Under the pieces are notes generated by a model that did no database searches, had not been told where the DNA came from, and was given only the letters and a program-made list of their open reading frames with translations. A program made the position numbers and the translations under genes. This document shows, piece by piece, positions 40,144-50,152 of a stretch of DNA of 64,000 nucleotides (positions are counted from its first letter, which is position 1; the number at the start of each line of letters is the position of its first letter). This DNA is from a virus (Duplodnaviria; Caudoviricetes): positions 50,916 through 114,915 of IMG/VR virus record IMGVR_UViG_3300031998_000028; one strand, given 5' to 3'.

Positions 40144-40518
40144 TCAGGCTCCGATCACATAAGTGACCTTGGAGTGCTTGGAGTCCACCTTGCGGGTGCC
40201 CTTGGTCACGATGCCGGCGGACACGTGAACCCGCATAGCGGAGGCGACCTGAGGAGCGGTCAGGCCGGTGAACTCGGCGATCTCGTCGGCGGTGAACTCC
40301 CCGTCGGTGCCGGTGATGAACTCCGCAATCACGTTCTTGCGGGCTTCCACCGCGGGGTCAGCCTTGCGGGGCTTGGAGCGGGCCTTCTCATTGCGGGCGT
40401 CCAACTTGGCGATGAGGCTCTCGAAGCCCTCGCGCAGTTCGCCCTCGGTCAACCCGTAGGGCAGAGCCTCGCCGTCGATGTGAGCAATAACAGCCTTGTA
40501 CAGTTCACGAGTAGTCAT
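40144..40518 (-). CDS. MTxRE wHTH paralog B
   Basis: MTTRELY..KLDARNEK..FTADEIAE. Confidence 0.75.
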   Translation of the reverse strand: MTTRELYKAVIAHIDGEALPYGLTEGELREGFESLIAKLDARNEKARSKPRKADPAVEARKNVIAEFITGTDGEFTADEIAEFTGLTAPQVASAMRVHVSAGIVTKGTRKVDSKHSKVTYVIGA

Positions 40519-40978
40519 TTTGTATTCCTTTCTGCGCTGTGCGCTACGACGTCGGTCGTCACCCTATTATGTGAAGTTCGGGATTTTTTCTTTATCTCTC
40601 CCTCACTTTCTATATATATTATAGCATAAATTTTAAAGAATTTCAAAATTTGACAGCTTATAAATTTTTATTCCCAGCTCCCAGCTTTCCAGCTGCTGCG
40701 TCGCAGCTGCCAATTCGCAGCTCCCAGCTGCGCAGCTTCCTGGTAAAATTTTCCAGGTGCGCGGCGTTGACATAACGCAATATTATGTAAACCACGAGCT
40801 TGAGTTAGCCATCGCTAACCGAAGTTGACATAACACGGGATTATGTAAACCGCCGGCCGGGACAGAACTTCATCACTTTACATTACTAAAGTCTTGCCCG
40901 GGCATGGACTTTCACGATTTAAATCGCTAAAGTGAGATTGCAAAAAAAGAGGTCGACGTTATGTCGACCTCGGTACGC

Positions 40979-41332
40979 TTACCTCTCAATGGGGTAAGTG
41001 TACACGACCTTGCGGGTCTTGCCCACCTTGGTCTCGGCACGAGTGATAGTGCCGTCAACCACAATCGGCTTGCACGCGGCAGTCACCTGCCCAACGGACA
41101 GACCAGTCGCGGACGCGATATCGTCACGCGTGAACGGCTGACCGATGTGGTCGCACAGGAAGTCGAGCACGCTCTGCACGCGCTCGCGCACCTCGCGCTT
41201 CTCCTTGGAGTCGGCGCTCTTGCGCTTGGCATTGGACTCGTCCAACTTGGCGAGCAGTTCGGTCGCCTTGGCGGTGATGTCCTCGGACACCTCGGCGCTG
41301 ATGATGGACTGGTAGAACTCGCGGTTAGTCAT
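40979..41332 (-). CDS. MTxRE wHTH paralog C
   Basis: MTNREFY..KLDESNAKRK..FTRDDIA. Confidence 0.75.
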   Translation of the reverse strand: MTNREFYQSIISAEVSEDITAKATELLAKLDESNAKRKSADSKEKREVRERVQSVLDFLCDHIGQPFTRDDIASATGLSVGQVTAACKPIVVDGTITRAETKVGKTRKVVYTYPIER

Positions 41333-41600
41333 AACTAACTCCTTTCATTTGTCGGCGGATTATGGTCGCCACCCTATTTAGTGGGGACTTTCGTCTCTCT
41401 CACTTTCTGTATTTATTATAACATGAATTTCAGAGAAAGTCAAGTTACAATTTGGTTACAAGTGGGGATTTTCGGCTCCTTTTTCCTTCCCCTTTCTGAT
41501 TATAGAATACCACAAAGAGAGTCCAATAAAAAGACCTTTCACGCTTTAAATCGCTAAAGCGCGGCCCGGGTGGGAACTTCATCACACTAAAGTGATGAAG

Positions 41601-41792
41601 TCATTTTCTTTTTCGTTTAGTGGGATAGATTTCTTTGGCTTCATAAATGTCAAATTCAACCAAACCAAAATCAAATTCGACATATCTATCACCTTTTTTG
41701 GCGTAACGCTTGGCGGCTTCAAGAGTGGGAAAAATTCCGATTACCTGTGTATCCGCACCAAAGCCATCAATCCATGTCAAAAGAGCAATCAT
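41601..41792 (-). CDS. small hypothetical protein
   Basis: GGAG RBS. Confidence 0.55.
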   Translation of the reverse strand: MIALLTWIDGFGADTQVIGIFPTLEAAKRYAKKGDRYVEFDFGLVEFDIYEAKEIYPTKRKRK

Positions 41793-41910
41793 TTTTATTC
41801 TCCTCTCTTAAACTGCGCGCGACTATAGGAACCTTTGCCCTTTTTCGCGGGGACTTTGCCGCCACGCTTGCGGAAATGCAGATACATCTGCAGTTCTTCG
41901 CTCGTCTTTT

Positions 41911-42177
41911 TCATTCCTCGCTTGTCCATTTGTCTATCTCCTTCCCTACTTTTTCCTCATAGTCCCAGATATCCATGTATGGGTGTTCATGGACAAACCG
42001 CGCGGCTTCCTCGTAGAAGTCGAAGTTGCTGATGCAGTCTTCGCGGTCATGAATTGCATACGCAAGCAGATGATATGCGGTCTTGTATGTGCCTGCGCGC
42101 TCGTAGTCACAACGATTTGACCAGTAACGCTCGCGCGCGAGGAACATCGCGGCAACCAGTTTCAGAAGCATTTCCAT
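41911..42177 (-). CDS. hypothetical protein
   Basis: promoter and AAGGAG RBS. Confidence 0.6.
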   Translation of the reverse strand: MEMLLKLVAAMFLARERYWSNRCDYERAGTYKTAYHLLAYAIHDREDCISNFDFYEEAARFVHEHPYMDIWDYEEKVGKEIDKWTSEE

Positions 42178-42340
42178 TTTTAATTCTCCTTTCTCTTTCT
42201 GATAATAATATATCATACTCTACCTCAAATTGCAAGTTACAAATAGTTACAAATGGTTAGCATATACTAACCGCCCGGTCGCCCGCGGACTTTAATGATT
42301 TAAAGCGCTAAAGTGAACAACAATAAAAAAAGACGGAATA

Positions 42341-42637
42341 TTATTCCGTCTTTTCCTTGGCCTTGGCGGCCTCCTTCTTCTTGGCGGCCGCCTTCTCGGC
42401 GCGCTCCTTGCGGTCACGCACCTTGTCGGCGTACGTGTCACGCTTGAGATAGTTGTCATCGCCCCTATCCTTGGGCACCTTGACCACAACCTCGACGAAA
42501 CCTTCCTCACCGTCAAGGACAACAGGGAAGTTGAAAGAGTTGGACTCAATCATTCCCACATCTTCACCCAGACCCTCAAGAAACTTGAAAATCTGCTCCA
42601 CGTACATGGCACGAACCTTGTCTGCGAACTTCATCAT
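42341..42637 (-). CDS. hypothetical protein with Lys/Ala tail
   Basis: own promoter/RBS, paralog of 39574..39888. Confidence 0.7.
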   Translation of the reverse strand: MMKFADKVRAMYVEQIFKFLEGLGEDVGMIESNSFNFPVVLDGEEGFVEVVVKVPKDRGDDNYLKRDTYADKVRDRKERAEKAAAKKKEAAKAKEKTE

Positions 42638-42951
42638 TGAAATCGCTCCTTTCCTTTACTTTCTATATGTATTATACCACGGATTAACCAAAAAGTCAAG
42701 TTACAATTTGGTTACAAAAGAGGGAGTTTTGGTCTTCTTTTTCGGCTTGCGCGCTCTCGCCTACACTTGGGAACATACATACCATTAGCCTCGCCCACAG
42801 GGTCTCGCTCCCTCTTTCTAAGTATAATATAACAGAATCAAAGTCCAATAAAAATGCCTTCCATACTTTAAATCGTTAAAGTGCCCGGCCCGCCCCGCAC
42901 TTCACCACGTTAAAGTAATAAAGTGAATAAATATAAAAAAATAATGGATAC

Positions 42952-43590
42952 TTACCAAAGGTATCCATCATTTTCCGAAATAGTTACAAGGCAGTAACTA
43001 AAAATGTCCTTTTCAATCATGCAATCCGCAAGACCAGTGTGTTCTTCAACAAAATCGTTACAATTCGTCAGAAATCTGTAAATAATTTCCGCAGTATAAC
43101 GATTTTCGTTACGCTTCGTAACATAATTGTTACTAATGCAGAACTCACGATAATCGGCATTATTACCGAAAGTAATCTTGGACATTTTCAGAGTATCAAT
43201 AATCTTGATACCATAAGGGAAAAAGTACCGATACTTGGAAGAAGTGATATAACACTTAGTATTATTCAACGCATTGTAATCAAACCTCGCATTGTGGGCA
43301 ACAATGCCCTGAACGTTCCAGTCCTTGCAAACACGGCGGAAAATCCGCTCAATGGAACGGAAGGACTTAAGGACGCGATAACCGTCCGTAATATCGTTCC
43401 AATACTGCGGAATTTTGTCGGCAAAGAAAGCGGTAGACATAAGTTCGTCATCGCAGAACACATCGGCGTTAACATAACTATAAGACGCAAAGGTCTTGCC
43501 GTTTTCATCAATGACGGAAAAGCCGACGTCATAGACAAGAGGACACTCAATGTCATTAGTGGTTTCAGTGTCAAGAATAATGTACTTCAT
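42952..43590 (-). CDS. DEDDh 3'-5' exonuclease
   Basis: LDTETT, AHNARFD, IDTL, EEHTGLAD. Confidence 0.85.
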   Translation of the reverse strand: MKYIILDTETTNDIECPLVYDVGFSVIDENGKTFASYSYVNADVFCDDELMSTAFFADKIPQYWNDITDGYRVLKSFRSIERIFRRVCKDWNVQGIVAHNARFDYNALNNTKCYITSSKYRYFFPYGIKIIDTLKMSKITFGNNADYREFCISNNYVTKRNENRYTAEIIYRFLTNCNDFVEEHTGLADCMIEKDIFSYCLVTISENDGYLW

Positions 43591-44072
43591 GGGGTTCAAT
43601 TCCTTTCTTTTACTTTCTGATAATAATATAGCATATCTTAAAGCAAATGTCAAGCCAAAGAATTGGGTTTTTAAAGGGCATTTTTTGTGCATTTTGACGG
43701 CGGACGCCCGGGTGGGAGACTTTACCACGTTAAAGTGATGAAGTCATTTTCTTAATACGTATCGAGTCCAATCCATTCGGCTTCCGCAACCGTATAGAGA
43801 CCCTCATACTCAATCATGGCGACGTCGCCGAAATTCTCGTCGAGAATCTGCCACGCTTCCTCAAGCGAGGAACACTCAACAAAGAACTCCTCACCGCTTT
43901 CGTTGTCGATAAACATGAAATCTGCCATTGTTTTTATCTCCTTTCATTTTCTATATATAATATATCATAGAAAACTCAAAACGTCAAGTTACAATTTGGT
44001 TACAATGAGTTAGCAATGCCTAACTGTACGCCCGGGCGACAACTTTAATACATTAAAGTGCGAAAGAGATTC

Positions 44073-44504
44073 TCAAAAAGTCTTGAGAACCTCCAAGATA
44101 TTGTGGGCATCATACGCACCTTCACCCCACATCTTGCGGTTGGGTTCCTCATCGTCAAAGAGGATACCACAACCGATAGTGTTCTTAGGAGTGCCATACC
44201 CCACGATGTTGATGTTGTCCCAGTGGACCGACGGCAAATGCTTACGCAACCACTTGACCTTGGCGGTGGTCACCGCCTTGTCAAAATCGGCGTTGGAGTT
44301 CTTGGCAAGCCATGAAATCACATTCACCTTGTACCCCTTGCGCTGAAGGGAGTTCAGACGGCGCGCGAGCACCGACATATTCACCAACGGCTTGGCAACC
44401 TCATACGGATACGGATTACCGTCAATCAGATACTGCAACCAGTTCTCAACGCCATAGAAATCAGCAAGAGTGCCGTCCATATCAAAGTTAATCTCAAAAG
44501 TCAT
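44073..44504 (-). CDS. HAD-family 5'(3')-nucleotidase-like protein, paralog 1
   Basis: FDMDGTLAD, K..WL, ILFDD. Confidence 0.8.
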   Translation of the reverse strand: MTFEINFDMDGTLADFYGVENWLQYLIDGNPYPYEVAKPLVNMSVLARRLNSLQRKGYKVNVISWLAKNSNADFDKAVTTAKVKWLRKHLPSVHWDNINIVGYGTPKNTIGCGILFDDEEPNRKMWGEGAYDAHNILEVLKTF

Positions 44505-44715
44505 TCGTTACACTTCCTTTCTGTATACAATATATCACATTTTAGGACAGATTGCAAGTTACAAATAGTTACAGATTTTACTTTCACACTTTAATGTGTA
44601 AAAGTGCGCCACCTGGTAAGGACTTTAGCGCATTAAAGCGCGAAAGCCTACCGAGAAAAAACGATGCAGAAGAAAATACCCCACATCAGCATGGCGCCGA
44701 TAACTTCGCCCATAA

Positions 44716-44949
44716 TTACACCTCCTCCTCGTCAGGGTCAGGGGGAAGCATCTTGTCCCAACACTTGGGGCAGATGCCACTAATAAGCATCTCACGCTCG
44801 TTGGCGGAGAGGTAGGGGAACGCCACGGCGACTTTGACGCCGTCATCCCAATCCCAGTAATCCTCCTCGTTGACCTCAACGAAGTTGGCGCAACCGCAGA
44901 AGGGGCACTGAGTGACGATGGAGACTTCCTTGTAGTTAATCTTTTTCAT
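44716..44949 (-). CDS. Zn-finger protein
   Basis: CPFC..AFPYLS..ERE.LISGICPKCW. Confidence 0.65.
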   Translation of the reverse strand: MKKINYKEVSIVTQCPFCGCANFVEVNEEDYWDWDDGVKVAVAFPYLSANEREMLISGICPKCWDKMLPPDPDEEEV

Positions 44950-45094
44950 GGATTTCAGTTCCTTTCTTTTTCTTACTGTAATCAGTATATCACATTTTCC
45001 TAAAAAGTCAATACTAAATATTGCACAAATTTTTATTTTATTTTTGTGCATATTGACGGCGCGGCCGGGCAGAAGACTTTAACGCATTAAAGCG

Positions 45095-45379
45095 TTAACA
45101 GTCATCTGTATAACAACCGAGATAGGGGTCAAATCCCATGTCGTCATCAATCCAATCGGGTTCATCCCAACTGTGTTCATCTTGCCAATCGAAAATGAGT
45201 TCACCAGTTTCCATGTCGATAATACGGATATTATCGGCGGGACAAGTGAGGGAGTTACCGCAGTCAAACTGACTATCGGCGAACGTAATCATGGCAGAGA
45301 TAGACGCCTTATCAGAGAAAAGGGCGATACTTTCCTCTTCGCCATCACGATAGATAGAAACAGAGTAACGAGTAGACAT
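45095..45379 (-). CDS. acidic hypothetical protein
   Basis: promoter/RBS; ends GFDPYLGCYTDDC. Confidence 0.6.
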   Translation of the reverse strand: MSTRYSVSIYRDGEEESIALFSDKASISAMITFADSQFDCGNSLTCPADNIRIIDMETGELIFDWQDEHSWDEPDWIDDDMGFDPYLGCYTDDC

Positions 45380-45577
45380 TTGATTTCTCCTTTTCTTATT
45401 TTCTATATATATAATATCATAAATTTCTTAAAAAGTCAACTGTCAATTTAACCAAAATACGACTCTTTCATTTGTCTAATCTGCCAGTGCGCCCGGGAGC
45501 GGGACTTTAACACACTAAATCGCTAAAGTAAATGAATAAAATAAAAAGGGATTGGATTTTATCCAATCCCGTTCCGA

Positions 45578-45919
45578 TTACGCAAGGGCATACGCAACCT
45601 TGCGAGACTTCTCGACCTTGACCTCGGACTTGGTCACAAGGCCATTGGTCACGAGAGTGGTGCAAGCACCAGTCACCTGATTGGGAGAGATACCGATGGC
45701 CTCGGCAATCTGCTCACGAGTGAAGGCACCCTCGTTCTCCTTGAGGAAGGAGAGAACGGCCTCACGGCGGTTGATGGCCTCGGCCTTATCCTTGGTCATC
45801 ACAGTCTTGCGCTTCTCGTTCCGATTGTCCAACTTGGACAGGAACTCAACGGAAGCCTCGTTCATCTCGTCAGAGATGTTGGCGTTCAGAACGGCATTGA
45901 AGTATTCACGAGTGGTCAT
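45578..45919 (-). CDS. MTxRE wHTH paralog D
   Basis: MTTREYF..KLDNRNEKRK..FTREQIAE. Confidence 0.75.
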   Translation of the reverse strand: MTTREYFNAVLNANISDEMNEASVEFLSKLDNRNEKRKTVMTKDKAEAINRREAVLSFLKENEGAFTREQIAEAIGISPNQVTGACTTLVTNGLVTKSEVKVEKSRKVAYALA

Positions 45920-46204
45920 AATTTTTTCCTTTCTGGTTTTTTGGACTTTCCTTGTCCTTTTGTAATTTTATTATAGCATAGATTTCAGAGTTTGTCAAGT
46001 ACTTTTTTCGGCTTTTCCAAAAATTTTTTCTTGGCGCACACTTGGGAACTTGGCTTTCTCTTCCCTCTTGCTGATTATATATTATCACACTTTTTAGAAA
46101 AAAGCAAGTTACAATTTGGTTACAAATTCACTTTAATACTTTAAATTGCTAAAGTGCGCGCCCGGCCGCAACTTCAACGATTTAGTGTATGAAAGTGCTT
46201 TGCA

Positions 46205-46455
46205 ATAAAAAGGCCTCGCGCCGCATTGGATTGCCTCGCGAGGTTTTGTCACGTCCTGCCGTCCCCTTTCCAGTGACTGAACTGCCCGCAGACAGTTCGG
46301 GTTGCGGAGTTAACCGCTTGGCTCACACTTATATACCGCACAACAGGACTCCATGCGGTCGAGGACTTTGTCGTCGGGGTCTTACTGACTCTCGTGGGTC
46401 ACACCGCCGCCTCAGACTGGCTCTGACGGCTTTGCCCCGCTTCCCTCACTTTCTG
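46205..46455 (-). ncRNA. promoter- and terminator-bounded GC-rich ncRNA candidate
   Basis: TTGACA-N17-TATACT upstream, hairpin plus U-tract downstream, no credible ORF. Confidence 0.5.
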
Positions 46456-46588
46456 TACTGAGTATACCATGGAAAAACGGATTTGTCAACTGGTAAAATG
46501 CACAAACTTCGCGGCCAGATCTTGTGCAAAATGACGGCCGGCCGCCCGGTGCGAACTTCAACGATTTAAAGTGTGATGGGCATTGGGA

Positions 46589-46831
46589 TTATTCCCAACG
46601 CCTAAAACCTACCTGACGGATAGGAGATTCCACTTTCCGACAAATCCGTTTGGCAACCTCGTAAGCGCCGACATCGGTGTTGCGCTCGTAAATGGTAACG
46701 GATTTGGCCTGTCCGTTAGACGTGAAAGCGTCAACCCACTTTTGTACCTCTTTTTTGCTGTCGGTACTGTCAAAAATCGTCATACCATTTTCGACTTCGA
46801 TAACGACTTGGAAATTTTTTACTTTTGCCAT
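46589..46831 (-). CDS. hypothetical protein
   Basis: promoter/RBS. Confidence 0.6.
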   Translation of the reverse strand: MAKVKNFQVVIEVENGMTIFDSTDSKKEVQKWVDAFTSNGQAKSVTIYERNTDVGAYEVAKRICRKVESPIRQVGFRRWE

Positions 46832-46908
46832 TTTTTTATCTTCCTTTCTTTTTTCTAATTTTATTATATCATACTTTCTGTTTTAACCTGTCGTTTTAAT
46901 GGTACAAG

Positions 46909-47337
46909 TTACAGATTCCGCAAAACCTGAAGGATATTTTTTTCGTCATAAGCCTGACCGTTCCAGTTGTCACGATTCGGCTTTTCATCGTCAAACAGAA
47001 TCCCATAACCGCAAGACGCTTTCGGCGTACCGTAAGGAATCACGAATACATTTTCAAACTGGACGCTTGCCAGATGCTTCTTCAACCACTTGCGCTTGGT
47101 ATCGGCAACTGCTTCGTTATAGTCGGGACGTCCGTTCTTGGCGGTCCAACTGATGACGTTTACGGTGTAACCGTTGCGCACAAGACGATTGAGAACACGT
47201 GCGAGACTGTTCATGTTGACAAGAGGCTTCGCCTCGGCGTAAGGGCGCACACGCTCGTTGATGATGTCATCCAACCAACCGTCATAACCGTAAAGGTCGG
47301 CAATCGTTCCATCCATATCAAAGTAGATGTTCTTCAT
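46909..47337 (-). CDS. HAD-family 5'(3')-nucleotidase-like protein, paralog 2
   Basis: FDMDGTIAD, ILFDD. Confidence 0.8.
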   Translation of the reverse strand: MKNIYFDMDGTIADLYGYDGWLDDIINERVRPYAEAKPLVNMNSLARVLNRLVRNGYTVNVISWTAKNGRPDYNEAVADTKRKWLKKHLASVQFENVFVIPYGTPKASCGYGILFDDEKPNRDNWNGQAYDEKNILQVLRNL

Positions 47338-47529
47338 GGCTTTTACCTCTCTTTCTGATACTAATATACCATACCGGCATACATATGTCAATACTTTTTC
47401 TTTCGTCAAAATGCACAAACTTTTTACTTTCGCGATTTACTTCGTTAAAGTGCGCGCCTTCCCCACGACTTTACTACGCTAAAGCACGAAAGCGAGGATT
47501 TTCGTCCTCGCTCTGATTACTCTTTGTTA

Positions 47530-47973
47530 TTACGCCATGCAAGTGGCGAACCATGCGCGCATTTTGCTGGACTCTTTGCGGCAACGGATTTTCATTTTGC
47601 CGCCGTTCTTTGCGCTTTCGCGTTCGGTCTTGCAGAAGGCCTTGACAAACTGTTCAAACTCAACCAGATTCATCATGTATACGGTATAATCCTCGGTCAC
47701 ATAAGCGAACTCGTTGCTGTGAGTGTTGCGCTTGTACACGTTCCAGATACCCTCGAAGGTCTCCTCGCCCTCGCACATATTACCACTCATAAGGGTGAAG
47801 CCCGAAGCCTTGACGCTGATGTGGTGGTTGTCAACGCAGATGTCAGAAGAGGTGCGGTAGTCGGTGCTGTCGTGGGCGGTGCGCTCGATGCCCATGTAGT
47901 AGCAGAGGTCGTGCTCACGCGCGATGCCCGCGTTCTTCACGTCAGAGATGTGGTCGATGGTGAAGGTCGTCAT
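47530..47973 (-). CDS. hypothetical protein (possible PD-(D/E)XK fold)
   Basis: SDI......SVK motif. Confidence 0.55.
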   Translation of the reverse strand: MTTFTIDHISDVKNAGIAREHDLCYYMGIERTAHDSTDYRTSSDICVDNHHISVKASGFTLMSGNMCEGEETFEGIWNVYKRNTHSNEFAYVTEDYTVYMMNLVEFEQFVKAFCKTERESAKNGGKMKIRCRKESSKMRAWFATCMA

Positions 47974-48486
47974 TGGAGTGTTCCCCTTTCCTTTATCTTG
48001 ATTAGAGTATAGCACAGTATGCCCGGTTTGTCAACCATAAATTTGAATCTGTAACCATTCGTAACCATTGAATATATATTCATTTCTTTTAGACTTTAAA
48101 TCGCTAAAGTGAGATCCCCCAAGTGCGCCAATTCTATTATAACATATATAACTACCTTTGTCAAGTACTTTTTAAAACTGTAACTAAATTTATTTTTTGT
48201 TTCTAAATTGTAACTTTTAACTCGGACGACGGTATATCAATGTATTATATTCATTTTCGGGACTGTTCATTATTTTTTTAGTTGCGGGAGGAGATCCCAT
48301 TTAATTGGAAACCGCTGAAAAAAAATTCGGTATGGGACGGGGGTTATTTTTGGGACTTTAGCACTTTAATTCGTGAAAGTGGGGGAGGCCCTGGTCACAA
48401 ATTCTACCGAAGTAAAAAATCAACTTAAAGTAAAAAAATGAAATTATATAATATTTTTTCTACTTGTTATCGAGGTAGGTGATAAA

Positions 48487-50091
48487 ATGAGTGAAGCTAC
48501 AGAAAGAATTTAGGGTATTTTGACTAAAACTACCACCTTTACTGCTGAAAATAAAAAAACTTTAGAATCACTTGAGGATTTACGAGATTTTCTCAGCTCT
48601 CATGAGGAGGCTTTTTATCAAGCTTTAGGAGTCTCAGATATTAAGGAATTAAATGATAGATTACATAATCTTCCAGCAGTAGGAAGAAATCTAAATTATT
48701 TAGATTCTGGCGGAGTAATATATAATCAAATTAAAAGAGACTATATTTTAACTGATGCTACTACCATTTCAAAAGGAGAAAGTTAGTATCGAAATAATAT
48801 ATTTGAATTATTTGCAGAATTAGTTAACACTTCAGATTTTGGATAGTAGGTTATTGATGATTTATTAGACCAGGGAGATTTTATAAAATCAACTGATATA
48901 TTAACCGGATTTTTTAAGGCTATTACTATGGTTTTTAATAATTATGTTATTCCTGGTGATCCGATTCGATTTGAGTTTACTGCTAATGCTACTAATAGTT
49001 TAACGGGCTATTACAAAAAACAAAAAGATCTACGCGCGACAATTAAACTAAATTTTGGTAAGAGTATTACTCCTTTAAATATTAAACTTGATAAACACAA
49101 TTTTGTAGTAGAAAGTACATCTTTATAGTTTACAAAAGCTGTTGAAAGTCATTTAGAAGGAACAGTTATTCCTGCCTTAAATAAATATTTGGGAAAAGAA
49201 CAAACACTAAAACCTACTGCTCGCTCTATTTATATTTAGGATAGTACAAAATGGCGTGAAATTGTAAATAGCTATATTTCTAAAGTAGTTCCAGACGCTG
49301 ATTTGTCTTTTACCACCTCTATTGATTTAAATGATTCAGCCAGCTCTGTATCTGGTTATTTAGGAGAAGTTAAATCTAGCTTAATTTTTAGAATGGCTTT
49401 TCCATAGGCAAAAGTTGGTGATGTTGGTACAGAAAAATTTACTGGATTAGCAAGAAGTGGTGAAGACGCTCCTATTGATACTGTATTAGAAATTTTAAAT
49501 GATAAATTTAATATTCAGGTTAAAAATGTTATGGGTAATTCATATACTTGGGGTGAATTAAAAGAAAAAAAAGCAATGGGCGCAATAAGTTTTGTATATG
49601 GTCGTTTATAGATTCCAAATGGAGAAGCATTGACTGAATTTTTTGGTGCGGCAACATACAATAATTTAAATCAAAAATATTCTGATCGTCCTGGGTGGCA
49701 AGAATATTAGAATATTTATAGCGGTTTTCAAGAGGTTTTTTCTAGTCATTTAATTCCGCTATTTGATACATTTATTCCAAATATTATTCGTTTAAGTACC
49801 TATTTTAAAGAAGCTACAAAACATTTTAGAGAAGGATGGAATTATAATAATTTTTATTTATTTAGAGGCAATATTGTTCCTGCTTCTTTAATGGTTTAGG
49901 GCGTTATTGATGGAATAAACCAATCTGCAAGTTCTTTGTTTACTACGCAATATACTATGTATCCAGGGCCTAGTGAGTATTCTCCAGATATGCCAATACC
50001 TTCTAATTATTCCCAATTTGCAAATAAAACTAAAATCGGTTATGATGTGACTTTTAGATTTTAGATAGCTTTTAATAGATTAGGTTTATAA
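48487..50091 (+). CDS. 534-aa hypothetical protein (TAG=Gln)
   Basis: single frame open only with TAG=Gln. Confidence 0.7.
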
Positions 50092-50152
50092 TCCGAAAAT
50101 TTGACAAATCTCCTCCTTTGTGGTATAATTATACTATAAGGGAGGAAAAATT

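Larger units (their letters stand above)
39525..40851. repeat. five dif/Xer-like sites
   Basis: TTATGTAAACC right arm at 39542, 40035, 40079, 40783 and 40841; left arms such as AGTTTACATAA and GTTGACATAA. Confidence 0.6.
1843..50135. promoter_or_regulatory. repeated SigA-type promoters (TTGAC/TTGAT-N17-TATAAT, usually followed by TATAGAAA)
   Basis: copies near 1846, 4946, 10085, 15964, 16251, 18933, 24150, 25847, 32118, 36019, 38781, 50102 and before most minus-strand genes at 39.9-48 kb. Confidence 0.75.

Noticed and set aside
46395-46445. c-di-GMP-I riboswitch (GCAAAGCC..GGCGGCGG on the minus strand)
   Set aside because: Only a partial resemblance; no recognisable P2 with GNRA tetraloop and no downstream gene.
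38890-48012. Long antisense ORFs opposite the GC-rich early genes (e.g. 40174..40629, 43039..43620, 47524..48012)
   Set aside because: These are shadow ORFs from codon bias; promoters and RBSs support the opposite strand.
40853-48382. CRISPR array interpretation of the repeats
   Set aside because: The repeats are degenerate, separated by whole genes, and no cas genes are present.
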